A DNA stretch of 64,000 nt. Source: Balanoglossus misakiensis. Taxonomy: Eukaryota > Animalia > Hemichordata. Position 1 is the stretch's first letter; every line of letters starts with the position of its first letter. The notes beneath the pieces were generated by a model, which saw nothing but the letters and a program-made list of their open reading frames with translations, searched no databases and was not told the origin of the DNA. The DNA lies in contig CM082578.2 in the NCBI GenBank assembly GCA_040954595.2, positions 16,848,998-16,912,997 on the forward strand, read 5' to 3'. Shown here in pieces: positions 39,001 through 64,000 of this stretch. The position numbers and the translations under genes were made by a program.

Positions 39001-40124
39001 TGGAGCGTGTCAAATCTGCAGCGGTGGTGTTCGGATACAGAACTCGAAATTCCAGGAGTCTCATGTTGTAGTATTCCAGATCGACGACCATCAGGCATCC
39101 CGCAATGATGGCCAGGACGCACAGCAACGTGGACACCCTGCTCAGAGATCGCCTGACATGACTCTTCGCGATCTCAATACGTTTGAATTCCTGCAATGAT
39201 TGGTTAAACCGTGACAGAAATGGCTTCTCTGACACCACGCTTCTCCTGCTGTTCCTGGCGGAACCCAGTGGCTCCGTTGAAAACACATCGTCGACATCCG
39301 ACGTAGATATCTGCGATGCTCGCCTTTGTCGCTCAGTTTGCACACCTTGATTGTTTCCGTTGATCGGCGGACATAGGAGACGCGACCCGTTATTGCAATT
39401 GGTGTGTCTGTGATGTGAGCCTTCTCGATCGTCGAATTCCTTGAGGACGGCGGAAAGCACACTCGTTTTCCTTTTGTCCATTCCCGGCTGAACATGTGGA
39501 CGGCCGCTTTGGTGTTCCTGGCGGTCGTCTTGTCGTGAAATGTCATTAACCGATGAATCATGGCTGCTATTCAACTCTTTCGTCGGAGTTGTGAAAAATC
39601 TGACATTTTTCAATTTCCTTTGGTCGTTTTCCTCTTCCCTGTGATGCGAACTCCTGATTTCTGGAACAGTCGTAAGGATAAAAGATGGATAAGTGTTGTA
39701 TGCAATTCGAACCGAACGAGGTGTAACGATGATGCCAAATCTTTATTGCAGAGCAGTCGATCGAATATGTAGTCAGAAAGATCTTGCACATATAACGTAA
39801 ATGAGAGATGCGCTATTTTAAATGACCGATGGAACCCAGGCTGTCGGACAACAGGCTAGGCCTAACGGGGGCAATATTCTATGTCTCAACGTAGCGGGTA
39901 GATTGGCCTACTGTATGCATTTCCAAAGAATCCACAGAAGGCCTGAACACCGACTCCGAATTAAATCAAATCAAATGAAATAAAAATGTTTGTATACTAT
40001 TTTACGATTTACTGTAGTTTAGACAACTGATATTCCACTCGTGTTCTGACATCCTACCTTCAGTGTCAGTCGCGTTAGGAACTACCTGTACGATGACAAC
40101 TTTCCCGTCTGTTTTACCTGCCAT
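36098..40124 (-). CDS. Divergent small/intermediate-conductance Ca2+-activated K+ channel-like (SK/KCNN family) 6TM channel, ~690 aa; first exon tentative
   Basis: Well-supported exons: 39660-38483 (N-terminus, S1-S5, with ELFVCAFHVPP, IFLRFYLIARYM and STRFLASVMQTELQSSFLIKSY), 38089-37888 (pore DSVWMLVVTMTTLGFGDVSP, S6, LTLTQQEKRI), 37305-37087 (CaM-binding-like helix AARCIQATWKLYR), 36908-36769 (coiled coil) and 36367-36098 (stop). All phases join. The frame is closed upstream of the 39660 acceptor, so either an upstream ATG exon or an internal ATG is needed. 40124-40058 (MAGKTDGKVVIVQVVPNATDTE, phase 1) fits but is low confidence; the internal ATG (MDKRKT, ~39481) is the alternative. Confidence 0.85.
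37397..37424. repeat. (ATG)n microsatellite
   Basis: About 9 units in an intron of the K+ channel gene. Confidence 0.9.
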
Positions 40125-41452
40125 CAACGTCCAGATTTTCTACGCCTTTTATAGTTGATACAGACGCTGGCCATTCCTATAGCCTGACTTTGAAGTGGTG
40201 TGTCAGAGTCGAAAGGATGCGACGGTATTCACTCCATTTTATTACCGTGTTCAAAGCATTCCAGGATAATTCGAATTTGTGGTACACAGAATCGTCAAAA
40301 CGTCGCCTGGCAACGGGAGAATGTCGTTACGCGCGCGATTAAAGGAATCGACGCCACGCGCGCATTTGTGTCCTGGAAATTTTGTTCTGCCGGGGGATGC
40401 TGAAAGTTGTTCAGACTTGTGTGTAATTTATGACTCTATTGCCATTGTCGCATATTTTGACGCCACAGTTTTCATGTTTTAAATAAAATATTTTTGAATG
40501 GCGAAACATTATTTATTTGCATTTGCATTTTGAGAATGCTGTGCTTGGAATCCATTCAAGGCGGTGGTTTCACAGAAGGGGGGGAAAGAGCCCTGTTCTG
40601 TTGATGACAAGTCTTTGTAGTTGTGTAGATCTTAGTACAATTTTGTTTGTGTTTGTAGTTTATACTCCCGCGTTCTATGTCACAGAAAATGACACGGCAG
40701 ACATACCGGCACAGGAAACTAGTGACTATTGTGTGGCTTCAAATCTTGGCTTTCAGTGAATCATCCTTGCCCGGGATCCTTGCAAATGCAAGTGAACATG
40801 GCATGAGCAATGCAAACCGCCATCTATTTCATCACCATGATTATCACTAGTTAAGAGTTTATTTCATTCAAAAGTACAGTTAGTTTATTTTTCTGGCAGC
40901 TTTCAATACGGAGATAGGCCTAATGTTTTACAAATTGTGCCCTGGCCTCAAACGAGTGACTATAATGATAGGCTGTACTGATATACCGGACCATGAACCA
41001 TGACTATCTAGTATAGTGGTAAAAATGTCAGACAGCCACAAAGTGTTAGTTGCACGAATTTTAAATGCTTCGAAGAGAATTCATTTCATGTTATTGGAAC
41101 TGTTGTTCACTTTTCCCGATTGCATTGACTTTCTGGACAACACCCATTTTTCAAATTTTATGGGCATGGTTTCAACGGTTCTCAACATCCGGGCAACTTT
41201 CCCAGCATACCTTGCATACAGGTTCGTTTTATGCTAATACGAAAATAGTCGTCCATTGATCAACAGATTCGGAGGTCTTGGAGCTCGACGACTACATGGT
41301 CAGATATACATTCGTCCAATTGAAAATTTGCCCCGTCATCTAGCCAGTATTTTTCTTATACAATTCCCCGAAAGGCGACAAGGTTTCCAGGGTTAATTTC
41401 GTTTCGCTTTTCGTGTTTTGAGAAGATTTTCCAGTCGCCGGTTTACGAGTGA

Positions 41453-55540
<14,088 letters not shown>

Positions 55541-58500
55541 AACCAAGGTACGTCATCTAAAATCATTTTGATGTCAGTAATATACAGTATCTGCACTGCT
55601 TTGTTTATAGTCCTTGTAAATTTCTTGTATATTTTAAATGTCTTATAAGTGGTTTGGGTTTGATTTTAAACACCATAGAACTCTTGTTGTATTTGAAACA
55701 TCTCAAGAAAATTGTTCCAAACATGTTTATACTTGTTTTCATTTTCACATTTACCAAGACCTGTAAACAAGTGTGACATTGACCGACGTCTGACAATTCA
55801 GATCCTTTAGGCTGTATCCTTGGCAGCTTGCTCTTGTTATGCCCACATTTTGTGAATTTGCATTTTGTATTCACATTTCTACAAATATATGACACACGAG
55901 TATTCAGTGGATGAATCTGTTAATCATAGTTTTATCTTCATACTAGTTGAGAAAAAATATGCTTTTTATGTAGACTCTTGCAGCCCCCCCCCCCTCCATA
56001 AAGAAAGATAAAGATTTTTTGCTTTTGTACCGCAGAACCTTACACTACCGAAATGCTGAAAAAAAAGAAATTTTGTCTTTTTCGTTTACAGATCTTTGTA
56101 CATGTAAATTGGCTTTTATTATTATGAAATACTGAGTCTAAGGCATTCTTGTTGTTATGGAAACCAGCGCCACAAAAGAAGAAAAAAAAGTCTGATTCAC
56201 CTGAAGGGAAGTTGTGTGTTCTAAGCTCAAGCTGTGTGTCAAAGTATTGACAGCATGCAACCAAGAAGTTGCCTTATATGTCAGCAACAGGATGCAGAAG
56301 ACCGGTCTTTATCGTGATATTATCTTGAGATTTCAAGAACAAATTTATTCTGATAAATGATCCAACTGATGTAGGTATTAGGAGAGACATTACAATTTTA
56401 TCAACCAAAAAAAATATATAAAGTTAGCTTGATTTTAGGGAGACACAGCTATTACAAACAGCTTGGATACAAAAGATAGATGCATTTGTCAAATGTAGTG
56501 TACTTGTAGTGTGTTAATTGACAACATTTTAGATTTTTGGGTAGAGAGGGTGCTTGAACCCTTGCATATTTAATCATTTCAACATTATAACTATTCTGTC
56601 CTCTGCTTTCCTCAAAGTGTCTTTGCGGAGTGTAGTAGCTTATCCCGAAATCAAGACACTCGCTCATCCAAATAATGTCCTTGAAATTGTCCCCTAGCTA
56701 AGAAAAATGTATCATTATAATTATTGTTATTATTATTATTAAGTATTTCAACAAAAAAATCTTTTTATGTACCCGTCCTGAAATTTTGTTATGAGACGTC
56801 AGAGCGCAGGCAATGCCGAGCATAGCCTGATGAGACACCACTTTGTATCTTTGGAAGCGCCATCCCAGGGTAGCAGTAGATTTGTCAGTACGCTTTTAAA
56901 TGTCACATGCCTACCAGAGTTGCGACTACTTTTAAGTTTGTGACTGTGTAGCTGCGTGACGACTCCGCTATTTTTTCACCCCTTCCATGTGGTGATGTCA
57001 TTCTTCCCTGTTAAATATAGTTTTCCATATTTCCTATATTGAGTATATAACCTACATGTAGAGCATGTATTTGTTTACTTACGTCATACTTAAAAGGAAA
57101 AAAAAAAACACACACACATTTTACGCACTCACGTAGTATTATTTTGACGAGGAAGTCCTAGAAAGAAAAGGTGACTGTTTTTAATGATAGTGACCATTTA
57201 TTATGAATTTGGTTTTCCTTAGAGAAAAGCAAATGAAATGAGTGGTCAAAGCTCAGAAGTAACCACTGACACCATTACTACCAATCTTTATTATTGTACA
57301 TCTGTATTTAAAAAAGTGATGAAATAATTGTTGTGGCCTTGGCCGAGTATGTGTTCTGTCCAAGTCTTTTTACCGTGGAAGTCCTCAGTGTTTCTCTGTA
57401 ATGTTTGAAAACTCCAGCAAATTTCACTAATTGTTTTTAACCAATAATGTTCACGAGTTGTTGTGAAAGGGACTGTCAGTTAGCTTGACTGTGTCATCCC
57501 GTCTTCACAAATGAGACTCCCGCTTCTGCCTTGCCTCCCAGTTCAGCAAGTTGCAATTTAAAAGAGAAATAGATGCTGTCTTTGCTTGTATATGCCTCTT
57601 GCCATCTAAGCCATTACATCAAGCGGAAAAAAAAAATAAAAATTCATTCACTGTTCAGTGGGAAAATGTGGTGGGTTTGAACTGGCGGTGGTCAAAAGAA
57701 AAAGAAATGATTTGTTATATTATAATATATGCGTGGCATTTTTTTGCCCTTTTAGCTGAAGTAGCTTTATTTGTTTTTTCAGAAGCTACTAGTATTTGAT
57801 GCAAGCAAGTTACTTAAAGGCATATTCAGATTGAGTATTGAATAGAACCAGGCCAGTCAGGTTTTTGATAACAGCCCCACCCATTGCTAGTTGTTTGGTT
57901 TGCCAATCGGAGCCACCGCATGTGACATCACTTCTGCCTCTGCCCCCCCCCCCTCCAAACCAGTCATCTAAAAAACCATGCAGATTTATCAACATAATGA
58001 GATGTTGTCACCGAGAAATAAAACGACATTGAGTTCAGCTACAGCCATATAAAACCAAATTCCAGATAAACGTCCACTTCCACAGTTGTCCTGGATATAA
58101 TATTCAAATGATCCTTTTCATGAATATCCCCTACATGCAATCACTGCCCTGGTTTTACACAGATTTTACCAAGCAATGGTGCCTCAAGTTATTTTATGAA
58201 GAAAAAAAAAAGATTGTGCAATAAAACTATTTGAAATTACATGTAACAATACTCTTGTAGGGGGTGCCTCATATGATCAGACACTTTGAAATTTTCTTCT
58301 ACTCCTCTCAGAATTCTCCCTCAGTTGAACTTTACGAACATACATATAATATGTTTCTGGATAATCTGAAATGGCTGAGACCAGAAATGTATTCCCTAAT
58401 TCTGTATTTGTTTGGTAGGGGAATGGACTTCTGAAATTTGGAGGGAATTGTATTGGCCAGCAAATACTTTCTACATTCCGGGTTTTTCAATGTTTGTTCC

Positions 58501-59601
58501 GTGGGAAGCTACATCATCAAAATAATTTGGTTGCAGCTGGGTCCGTTATCCAAGTGTGTTCATTTTCCCCCCAATTCACAGAAAATGGCAAGCAGAGAGG
58601 TATAAGAGAATGGGAGGCAAATCTGTCAACATTTTGTGATGGCGGCGTACTTTTTGGGGTGGTGCCGATTTTTCCTGAACAATTTGTTTGGTTTTACAAC
58701 CTGGTCTGTGACCAGGTATCGCACACGTCAATTGCAGTGAATTCTTTCTCAAGCAATGTTGTAGACAATAATGTAGAATTTGATCGATGGAGAAAGTGTT
58801 TTTTTTTTTAAAGCTTGAAGAAGGAGAAACAGAGCAGTGAACTAGTAGCTAGAAGGTTTACGTATTTAAAGTGGCGTTGGTCTGGCTAGTAGTTTTCTCC
58901 AGGTGAAAAAAAATTGCCGAGTTTGCAGTCAAAGTCTAGGTCTAGCACAGTCCCCAGCAATCTGACAAATGTAAGATATTGGGAGACTTATTAAAAGACA
59001 AAAAAAAGTATTAAGGGAATCTCGCACCTGCGTGACATGCACACGTTGAGTACTGACCTCACGAGTCACTGATTTTAAGATTTTGAAACCAATTGAGAAA
59101 TGTGAAATTTGTCCTTATGCCAAAGCAATCATGGTGTGATATGAAATAATCAGTGTAACTCAGTTTTGAAGTGAATTTTAAAGAGTCTGATACAAATATT
59201 TTGTTCTGGAGTATATATGTACTTGTATACAAGACTAAGATGAATGTGATTATGACAGCCTTGGTTTCTGTACTTCTGCTGAAATTTATCGTTGAGTTTG
59301 GGACACGCGTCATGTGTGTGTTTCACAGTTGCCATTTGGGGACTCTACAGATTTTTTTGGAAGTTGGTCTGTAGTGTCAGTTTTGGATGATCTGAGCGTT
59401 CTGTGATGGTTGTCAGTGAAGTGTTCTTTCATCATGCTACAACAGCTAGCATGGCCGGTTGTGTATGTTGCCTTCATATCATATTTTATGTGCAATACTA
59501 GCCTTACCATCAAACCATGCCAAGATTCATTCAGGGTTTGACCTGAGGGGAGAGACCCGCCATCTTTCAACTACATCTGAGTTGCCGTGTGATGGTGGTG
59601 G

Positions 59602-59646
<45 letters not shown>
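59602..59646. repeat. (TGA)n microsatellite
   Basis: About 15 units, intergenic. It is the source of the spurious poly-D and poly-M ORFs. Confidence 0.95.
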
Positions 59647-59647
<1 letters not shown>

Positions 59648-60773
59648 CACAAAATATGCTGGTGAAGAGACCGAACTTTCCTCACTTTTGGTGGTGTGTT
59701 TCCCAGGTCAAATAATTCATGTTGATACAAACTTCAAACACAACGGAGGCCATGTTATAATTTCACATACAGGTATTTACAAGAAGTGATGTTCACCCGG
59801 ACAGAAGCCACATTTTCCCCAAATGTCTGTGAAACACAGAATGTGTCCATGTCATCCAATTAGTCAGTGGAAGGGCAAAAACATCCAACGACCGGGCCAC
59901 TCGCATTCGTCAGATTTTCAGTCCAACTTTTTGTAAACTTCACATTTCAATCTTTATCGATTCAATGATTTGTGGTTGTAAATTTGACCAACACTTCACT
60001 TCATGTAATGTATTTTTCATGTCAGTTTTAGGTTTTTGATCGTACGTTTTTGTTTTTTCGTCATATTTTGGAATGTTGTTCCATTCATCGTCATCGTACT
60101 TGTAACATAGTCTAGTCAAATAAATTCTCATATTGCTGTATCTTTCAGGTTGTTGTCATTTCCAGCTACCGATTTCTACACGTGAGCTACCGATTTCTGT
60201 CCATGTGTATTTGCCTGTTGTGTTTTGTCATTTGATTTTTGTAGCCTCAATTCATGTTCACCGTGGATGACTCGGCCAAATTTGAATGAGCAAAAAACTC
60301 TTGAGTGGGTGTTCGCGGCAGAAGTGCATTGACTCTCAGCACCCTCTCAGGATTGTTGTAAACTGCGCCCTCTACGTTCAAGTTATACATCTAAACTTCG
60401 ACAGCCCACGCTTTGTTATCAATCACGACATAGAGGGCACTGTGAGAAAAAATCTCGGATGTATGCTTAGGATACGCATGGTGCAGTGGTGAGATATGTT
60501 AGTCAAAGACCGTGTTCCAGAAACATTCAATGGAAGCTTTTCTTCTCGGCAAGCCTTTGTAAAGGTTTCCAGTGAGATTACAATGATGAAAAGGTAATCA
60601 TGGTACTTGGCGCTGTGCACACGGCATTCCTTGCATTCAACTTCAAAATCATAAAACCGTTTATGCCCCTTGCTGTTTCATACATTGGCCAAAGAACACT
60701 GTCCTTAATCTGGTTGAGGGATGTTTTAAGAGAAGACAAAACAAAAACAATTTGCAGCAAAGTGAAATACTGA

Positions 60774-60779
60774 TTTATT
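60774..60779 (-). terminator. Candidate polyadenylation signal (AATAAA) of the LRR-Ig gene
   Basis: tttatt on the + strand, ~930 nt past the stop codon at 61704. Confidence 0.4.
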
Positions 60780-61703
60780 CATAATGCACATGTTGACTTG
60801 GCATCTTATATGGGTAATACATGTAGTACATTCGAGACAAGTTATAGAATCCGTGCATGTTAATTTAACACAGTATGTACCTATAATAATACATTGAACC
60901 CAACCAATTTATGAAATCTTGTCAAGCATCTTTTTTAGAATAGGAAGCATAAAACAAGGAAATGAATGATGTCACACTTTAACTAATCTATAGAAGTCTT
61001 ATTCACTAAAATAATCTAACTATAGTCGACTTTCTGAGAATCATTGTCTCGAAAGTCTTTGTACGAGTCACAAACTTTACCCCCAAGAGCTGTAAAATGT
61101 ATACACCATAACCTGGAGCTAATGGATTAATACTGGATAAGTAGGGAAAGTATATAATTTCAAATTGAACTTTTCGCTTTTAAAAACCAGCGCAATATAC
61201 ATTGTATTTTGTCAAGTGTTGAAAATGAGATCAAAAGTACGATGCTGACCCCAGCCTTTTGTTTTTTCTTTTGTTTTTGAGTCATCGAGTTGGGTGGACG
61301 TATTATAATTAGATCTACTAGAACTGTTCAAACCTTATAGATCATCAATACCTTTATAGGGGTCATAAAACACTGAGGTGTTTTTGGGATAAGATTACGG
61401 ATGAATAGCTAATACAAAAATAAGTCTGCAAGAAATGATGTACAGTGTGTACAGTGAGTATTGATAATAGTTCAGTAAATTTGAAGAACATGTCTCAATA
61501 GAACGTTAAGCATCAAAATCACTTGCATAATAGTGTTAATGTAAATGGCGACATTTTCGTGATATCCTGTCACGGCTTTGCATGAGCAGATTTCCACAGC
61601 TGAGATTTGCAGAATATATGCTTACACTAGTATTGAACTGATATTGAAAGTTCATTCAAGGTACAGGTATAGGACGTAGCAGTCGTTGATTCCTGACACT
61701 ACA

Positions 61704-64000
61704 TCAATCTCGTTCACTGCTGGTTATTTCATCGAGCTCCATGGTGAAGTCATCGTGATTGCTGCTGCATGCGCGCAACGCGTTCTGGTCGTACACGTAG
61801 CTCTCTGATTGTTTCGCGGATTTCTTCTGGCGATAGCGGATTGCAACGAAGGCAACGATGCAAAATATTACAGCCGCGGACACCACACCGAGGAGGTACG
61901 CAGTTAACCTTGTCGTGTTAATCGTCGTCGTTTCCGTTTCTGTTTCTGTTTCGTTATCCGTGCGAGTTACTCTTACTGTTCTGATCCCAGAGGAGGTTCC
62001 TTCCTTGTTTGAGGCTACACAAGAATAAGTCCCTTCGTCTTCTATTTCGACAAACGGAATGACCAAACTGCCGTCTTCTTCCTGTGCGACCTTTTCATCG
62101 GTACACGTGAAATTGTCTTCGGTTTGAGGATGTATGACTGTACCTGTTGGAGTGACCCAATATTTAACAGGATCGGGAACCCCAACCGCGGCACAATCCA
62201 AAGTTACACTTTCCCCTACATCAGCGGTTATGGTTTTGAATGTTGTGTAAAACACTGGAAGAGGGTAGCACGTAAAATTATTCAGCGGAAGTTCCATCAA
62301 AAGCTTTCCCGTGTTGTGTTCTGGTGACTCGCATATCATAGGTATGGGTCCGAGGTCCAGTCGGTCATTGTTGTCATCCAACCACACTCTGAGGTCTTCC
62401 AAACGGCAATCGCATGTCCAGGCATTATCATACATATAAAGTCGGTACAGCTCATCAAGTCCGTCGTATATATTTCCGGGTAACGTTGCAATCTCGTTGC
62501 TGTATAAGTAAACTTCATTTAACCTATCTAATCCGCTGAAGACATTCTCAGGCAATGTTTGTAGGGAATTGGAATGTACGTCCACCAGTTCCAAGTCAGT
62601 TAATCCGTGGAATATTCTCTCGGGCAACAAAGTGAGTGAATTTCTGCTTAAATCCAAGGAAGGAAGTCTGTCCAGTCCATGGAATACTTGTTCAGGCAAC
62701 ACAGATATTGCGTTATCGTACAAGCTTAGGTACCGGAGATTAGCTATGTCGATGAACTGATTCTCATGAAGACAGGTTAGGTTATTCGAGTGAAGAGAAA
62801 GATGATCCAAGTTCCGCAGACCATGGAAAATAGTCTCTGGTAATGGCGTAATGACATTGTTGTCTAGGTACAACGTGTGAAGCCTTTGTGTTTTGGAGAA
62901 TATATTTTCTGGAAGAGCGGTCAGATTATTTGAGTGCAGATGAAGATCATTTAAATCATGCAGGTTATAGAAGATGGTTTCAGGTAATGACGTTATGACA
63001 TTGTTGTCTAGGTACAACGTGTGAATACTTTGTGTTTTGGAGAATAGATTTTCTGGAAGAGAGGTCAGATTATTGGAGTGGAGATGAAGATACTCCAGAT
63101 CATTCAGGTCTTGGAAGACAGTCCCAGGTAATGAAGTGATAGAATTGCGTTGAAGATACAGGTAACGTAGTCTTACCAGACCATAGAAGAGTTTTTCTGG
63201 AAGCAGTGTAAGTTGATTTGAAAACAGTTCAAGATGATACAGCTCTTTGAGATCACTAAAGACAGTATCTGCCAATGACGTAATCAAATTTCTGTCTAAG
63301 TACAAGTACGACAGTCGACCAAGACCAGGAAATACTCCTTTAGGTAGTGAACCTAGAAAATTATTATTTAGGTACAGGTAACTTAGTTTATCCAAACCCT
63401 GAAAGCTGTTTTCATACAGTGTTGTTATTTGATTATTATCTAAGTGAAGTTTCTCCAGGCTAGGTAACCCAGAGAAGACATTTGCTTGCAGGTAGTCGAG
63501 AACGTTTGAAGACATATCGAGGTGATACAAATTCATTAGCCCATTAAAAGCATTATCCGGCAATGAAATGAGAGAATTACTTTGTAGATACATGTAACGT
63601 AATTTTTCTAGACCATAAAAAGTATTGTTATACAACGTTGTTATTTGATTATTATCTAAGTGAAGCTCCTCTAGGCTAGGTAACCCAGAGAAGACATTTG
63701 CTTGCAGGTAGTCGAGAACGTTTGAAGACATATCGAGGCGATACAAATTCATTAGCCCATTAAAAGCATTATCCGGCAATGAAATGAGAGAATTACTTTG
63801 TAGATACATGTAACGTAATTTTTCCAGACCATAAAAAGTATTGTTATACAACGTTGTTATTTGATTATTATCTAAGTGAAGCTCCTCTAGGCTAGGTAAC
63901 CCAGAGAAAACATTTGCTTGCAGGTAGTCGAGAACGTTTGAAGACATATCGAGGTGATACAAATTCATTAGCCCATTAAAAGCATTATCCGGCAATGAAA
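61704..64000 (-). CDS. Leucine-rich-repeat / LRRCT / Ig-like / single-pass transmembrane protein (LRRN/LINGO/SLIT-like cell-surface receptor); 5'-partial, intronless within the window
   Basis: Open frame of more than 763 aa running off the window edge. It has over 20 24-aa LRRs (LxxLxLxxNxLxxLPxxxFxGL), the LRRCT NAWTCDCRL...MICESPEHNTGK, an I-set Ig domain (VTLDCAAVGVPDPVKYWVTPTG...DEGTYSCVASN), a Thr/Glu-rich stalk, a TM segment LTAYLLGVVSAAVIFCIVAFVAI, a basic stop-transfer RYRQKK and a short cytoplasmic tail. Confidence 0.92.
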   Translation of the reverse strand, partial: SLPDNAFNGLMNLYHLDMSSNVLDYLQANVFSGLPSLEELHLDNNQITTLYNNTFYGLEKLRYMYLQSNSLISLPDNAFNGLMNLYRLDMSSNVLDYLQANVFSGLPSLEELHLDNNQITTLYNNTFYGLEKLRYMYLQSNSLISLPDNAFNGLMNLYHLDMSSNVLDYLQANVFSGLPSLEKLHLDNNQITTLYENSFQGLDKLSYLYLNNNFLGSLPKGVFPGLGRLSYLYLDRNLITSLADTVFSDLKELYHLELFSNQLTLLPEKLFYGLVRLRYLYLQRNSITSLPGTVFQDLNDLEYLHLHSNNLTSLPENLFSKTQSIHTLYLDNNVITSLPETIFYNLHDLNDLHLHSNNLTALPENIFSKTQRLHTLYLDNNVITPLPETIFHGLRNLDHLSLHSNNLTCLHENQFIDIANLRYLSLYDNAISVLPEQVFHGLDRLPSLDLSRNSLTLLPERIFHGLTDLELVDVHSNSLQTLPENVFSGLDRLNEVYLYSNEIATLPGNIYDGLDELYRLYMYDNAWTCDCRLEDLRVWLDDNNDRLDLGPIPMICESPEHNTGKLLMELPLNNFTCYPLPVFYTTFKTITADVGESVTLDCAAVGVPDPVKYWVTPTGTVIHPQTEDNFTCTDEKVAQEEDGSLVIPFVEIEDEGTYSCVASNKEGTSSGIRTVRVTRTDNETETETETTTINTTRLTAYLLGVVSAAVIFCIVAFVAIRYRQKKSAKQSESYVYDQNALRACSSNHDDFTMELDEITSSERD
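62810..63095 (-). repeat. Coding tandem duplication, 144-bp unit (48 aa = 2 LRRs), more diverged
   Basis: ttgttgtctaggtacaacgtgtga occurs at 62857 and 63001. In protein, LHLHSNNLTxLPENxFSKTQxxHTLYLDNNVITxLPETIF occurs twice. Confidence 0.9.
63414..64000 (-). repeat. Coding tandem repeat, 216-bp unit (72 aa = 3 LRRs), at least 2.7 near-identical copies
   Basis: ccattaaaagcattatccggcaatgaaa recurs at 63541, 63757 and 63973 (period 216). The copies differ by only a few substitutions. Confidence 0.95.

Noticed and set aside
58490-59800. Additional gene between GNAI and the LRR gene
   Set aside because: Only isolated splice-like sites and microsatellite-derived ORFs; no coherent coding model.
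61704-61835. ITIM/ITAM or TIR signalling motif in the LRR receptor tail
   Set aside because: The tyrosines in SESYVYDQNAL do not fit ITIM or ITAM consensus, and the tail is too short for a TIR domain, so it is not a Toll-like receptor.
63414-64000. CRISPR-like array or VLR-type somatic cassette system
   Set aside because: The units are contiguous in-frame coding repeats without spacers, the context is eukaryotic, and no free-standing LRR cassettes were seen elsewhere in the window.

Overview
Eukaryotic, intron-rich animal DNA. An invertebrate deuterostome such as a hemichordate is a guess from gene structure and repeat style, not something the sequence proves. Most ORFs in the supplied track are intronic noise. 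Reading GT-AG sites and exon phases by hand gives six protein-coding genes in the order <-[divergent Gi-family G-alpha] <-DNAJB9 CRBN-> <-[divergent SK/KCNN-like K+ channel] GNAI-> <-[LRRN-like LRR-Ig-TM receptor, 5' end outside the window]. The most interesting object is the intact second G-alpha gene (4083-27130, minus). It matches the neighbouring canonical GNAI in all six intron positions and phases, but has lost the myristoylation glycine, has a Gq-like Cys-Cys N-terminus, carries switch I/II and alpha3 substitutions, and ends in a non-canonical receptor-coupling tail (ACHLIQ). Other points: an SK-like channel with a GFG filter and a KCNQ-like IQ helix; near-identical 216-bp LRR tandem units; a very short DNAJB9/CRBN bidirectional promoter; gene order resembling the vertebrate 3p/7q paralogon; a double-hairpin non-autonomous element; and a clear CpG-rich versus CpG-poor mosaic between genes. 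No database search or alignment was run. Comparisons with vertebrate proteins are from recalled sequences.
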